Positions 62,901-64,000 of a DNA stretch of 64,000 nt are shown piece after piece. Under the pieces are notes generated by a model, which worked only from the letters and a program-made list of their open reading frames with translations, ran no database searches and was not told where the DNA came from. The stretch is from Candidatus Bathyarchaeota archaeon. Lineage in GTDB: Archaea > Thermoproteota > Bathyarchaeia > Bathyarchaeales > DTEX01. The stretch lies in NCBI GenBank assembly GCA_963714275.1, contig CAVQNT010000002.1, forward strand, positions 928,001 to 992,000, read 5' to 3'. The position numbers and the translations under genes are program-made. Within the stretch, counting starts at the first letter, position 1. Every line of letters begins with the position of its first letter.

Positions 62901-64000
62901 CTAGATGCTTGGTTTGTTCTTGGCGTACTTTTGGAGTATGATTTTGATTTTATCTTTGTTTATGTATACTGTACATAGTATTAGCGTAGTTATCGATATT
63001 GCGGAGCCTGCGTAGAATAGGTTTTGGGGCCAAAATTCCAGCGTGATGGTGAATGTGCCTGTTTTGTTGATGTACCAGCCGTTGGCGAAACCGTTGGCGG
63101 TGAAATGGTATTCGTTTGACACTTGTTGGTCCGTCGATGTACGCAATCCAATTGTTATCATAGGATTCGCTGAAGACGAGGTAGAATGGGGTTTGAGGCG
63201 TTAACGTGGACGGCGTATTTGGTGGGGTTGATTTTTTCGTAGGTGATTGATGGGTTGTCTGTTTGGCTGGAGGAGAGCAGGTTATTGGCGTCTGCAAAGT
63301 TCTCGCCGTTTTTCAGTGAGTAGAGTAGCATGTTCTCCATTTTTGGTGGATTGGTTTTTAGGGTAACAGTGTCTGCTTTGTGGTTTATTTGCATGATGGC
63401 TTTTTGGTGAGTGGGAATTATTATTGGGAAAGTAACAGGTTTTGTGCTCATTCCCATCCAGCCTGTTTCCCACCATACTCCATTGATGTCTGACGTTGTG
63501 TTTCCATCGGTCAATATTTCGTCTATACGGAGTGGGTTGTCACCTGCGACTAAATATACTAAAGTTGAGTTGTAGGCGTTCCAGCTTGTGAAGTCTAGTG
63601 GGAAGGTGTATGGGCATTGGTCTATTGTGGGGAAGCTTAGTGTGTCCCATGGTTCTGACCCGTCGGTTCTTACGACTGCTTTCCATTCAGGGTAGTATCT
63701 GGCAGCGTAGTTTTGGTTTGTGAATGCTGGAGGTCCAGTTTATTGGGTTTGTCAGTCCGTCATAGACGGGTATTGAAGTGTTTTGTCCGGATGTTGATAT
63801 TGTGTGGTAGCCAGCTGTTAGGGTGATTGGCCCGATGTATTTGTAGATGAAAACTGGTCCTTGTTCTTGAGAATGGGTATTAATGCTGAAGGTTTGGTCG
63901 TCAATTTTTGTTAAGAGGTTTCCGTAGCCGTATCCTGTTGCGACTTTTATTGCTAATAGATAGTTTCCTGCTTTGGGGGTGAATATGGTGGTTGAGGTGT
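62901..64000 (-). CDS. C-terminal part of a large membrane protein (multiple frameshifts; runs off the window)
   Basis: YEKINPTKY, LVFSESYD.NW, ANGFANGWYI, FWPQ, terminal TM helix. Confidence 0.7.

Noticed and set aside
6155-63514. Programmed frameshifting or mass pseudogenisation
   Set aside because: Single-base shifts affect many unrelated genes whose motifs are intact (helicase, dhaL, GHMP kinase, GT2), which is most consistent with sequencing indels.
1-64000. tRNA or rRNA genes as integration targets
   Set aside because: I recognised no cloverleaf or rRNA-like GC-rich segment by eye; a tRNAscan-SE run would be needed to exclude one fully.

Overview
This window is AT-rich archaeal DNA; the gene content resembles Bathyarchaeia (inference). 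It is a mosaic accessory region containing about 8 toxin-antitoxin modules, secreted and membrane proteins, sugar-metabolism genes, many duplicated or truncated gene fragments and many frameshifts that probably include sequencing indels. The main discovery is a 6.4-kb element at 3116-9505. It has near-perfect 112-115-bp terminal inverted repeats (TIRs), is flanked by an identical 15-bp direct repeat (GACTAAATTTTAATC), and encodes a solo Cas1. No Cas2, CRISPR array or family-B polymerase is recognisable, so it looks like a PolB-less casposon-like element. The same quasi-palindromic site (GAYTAAAWTTTAATC) recurs about 13 times across the window, often beside TIR-like or leader-like ends. This suggests repeated Cas1-driven integration that built an array of kb-scale segments. 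Separately, short AGCT/stop-codon clusters and (CG)n runs sit exactly at several demonstrable rearrangement breakpoints, and some supply stop codons to truncated genes.
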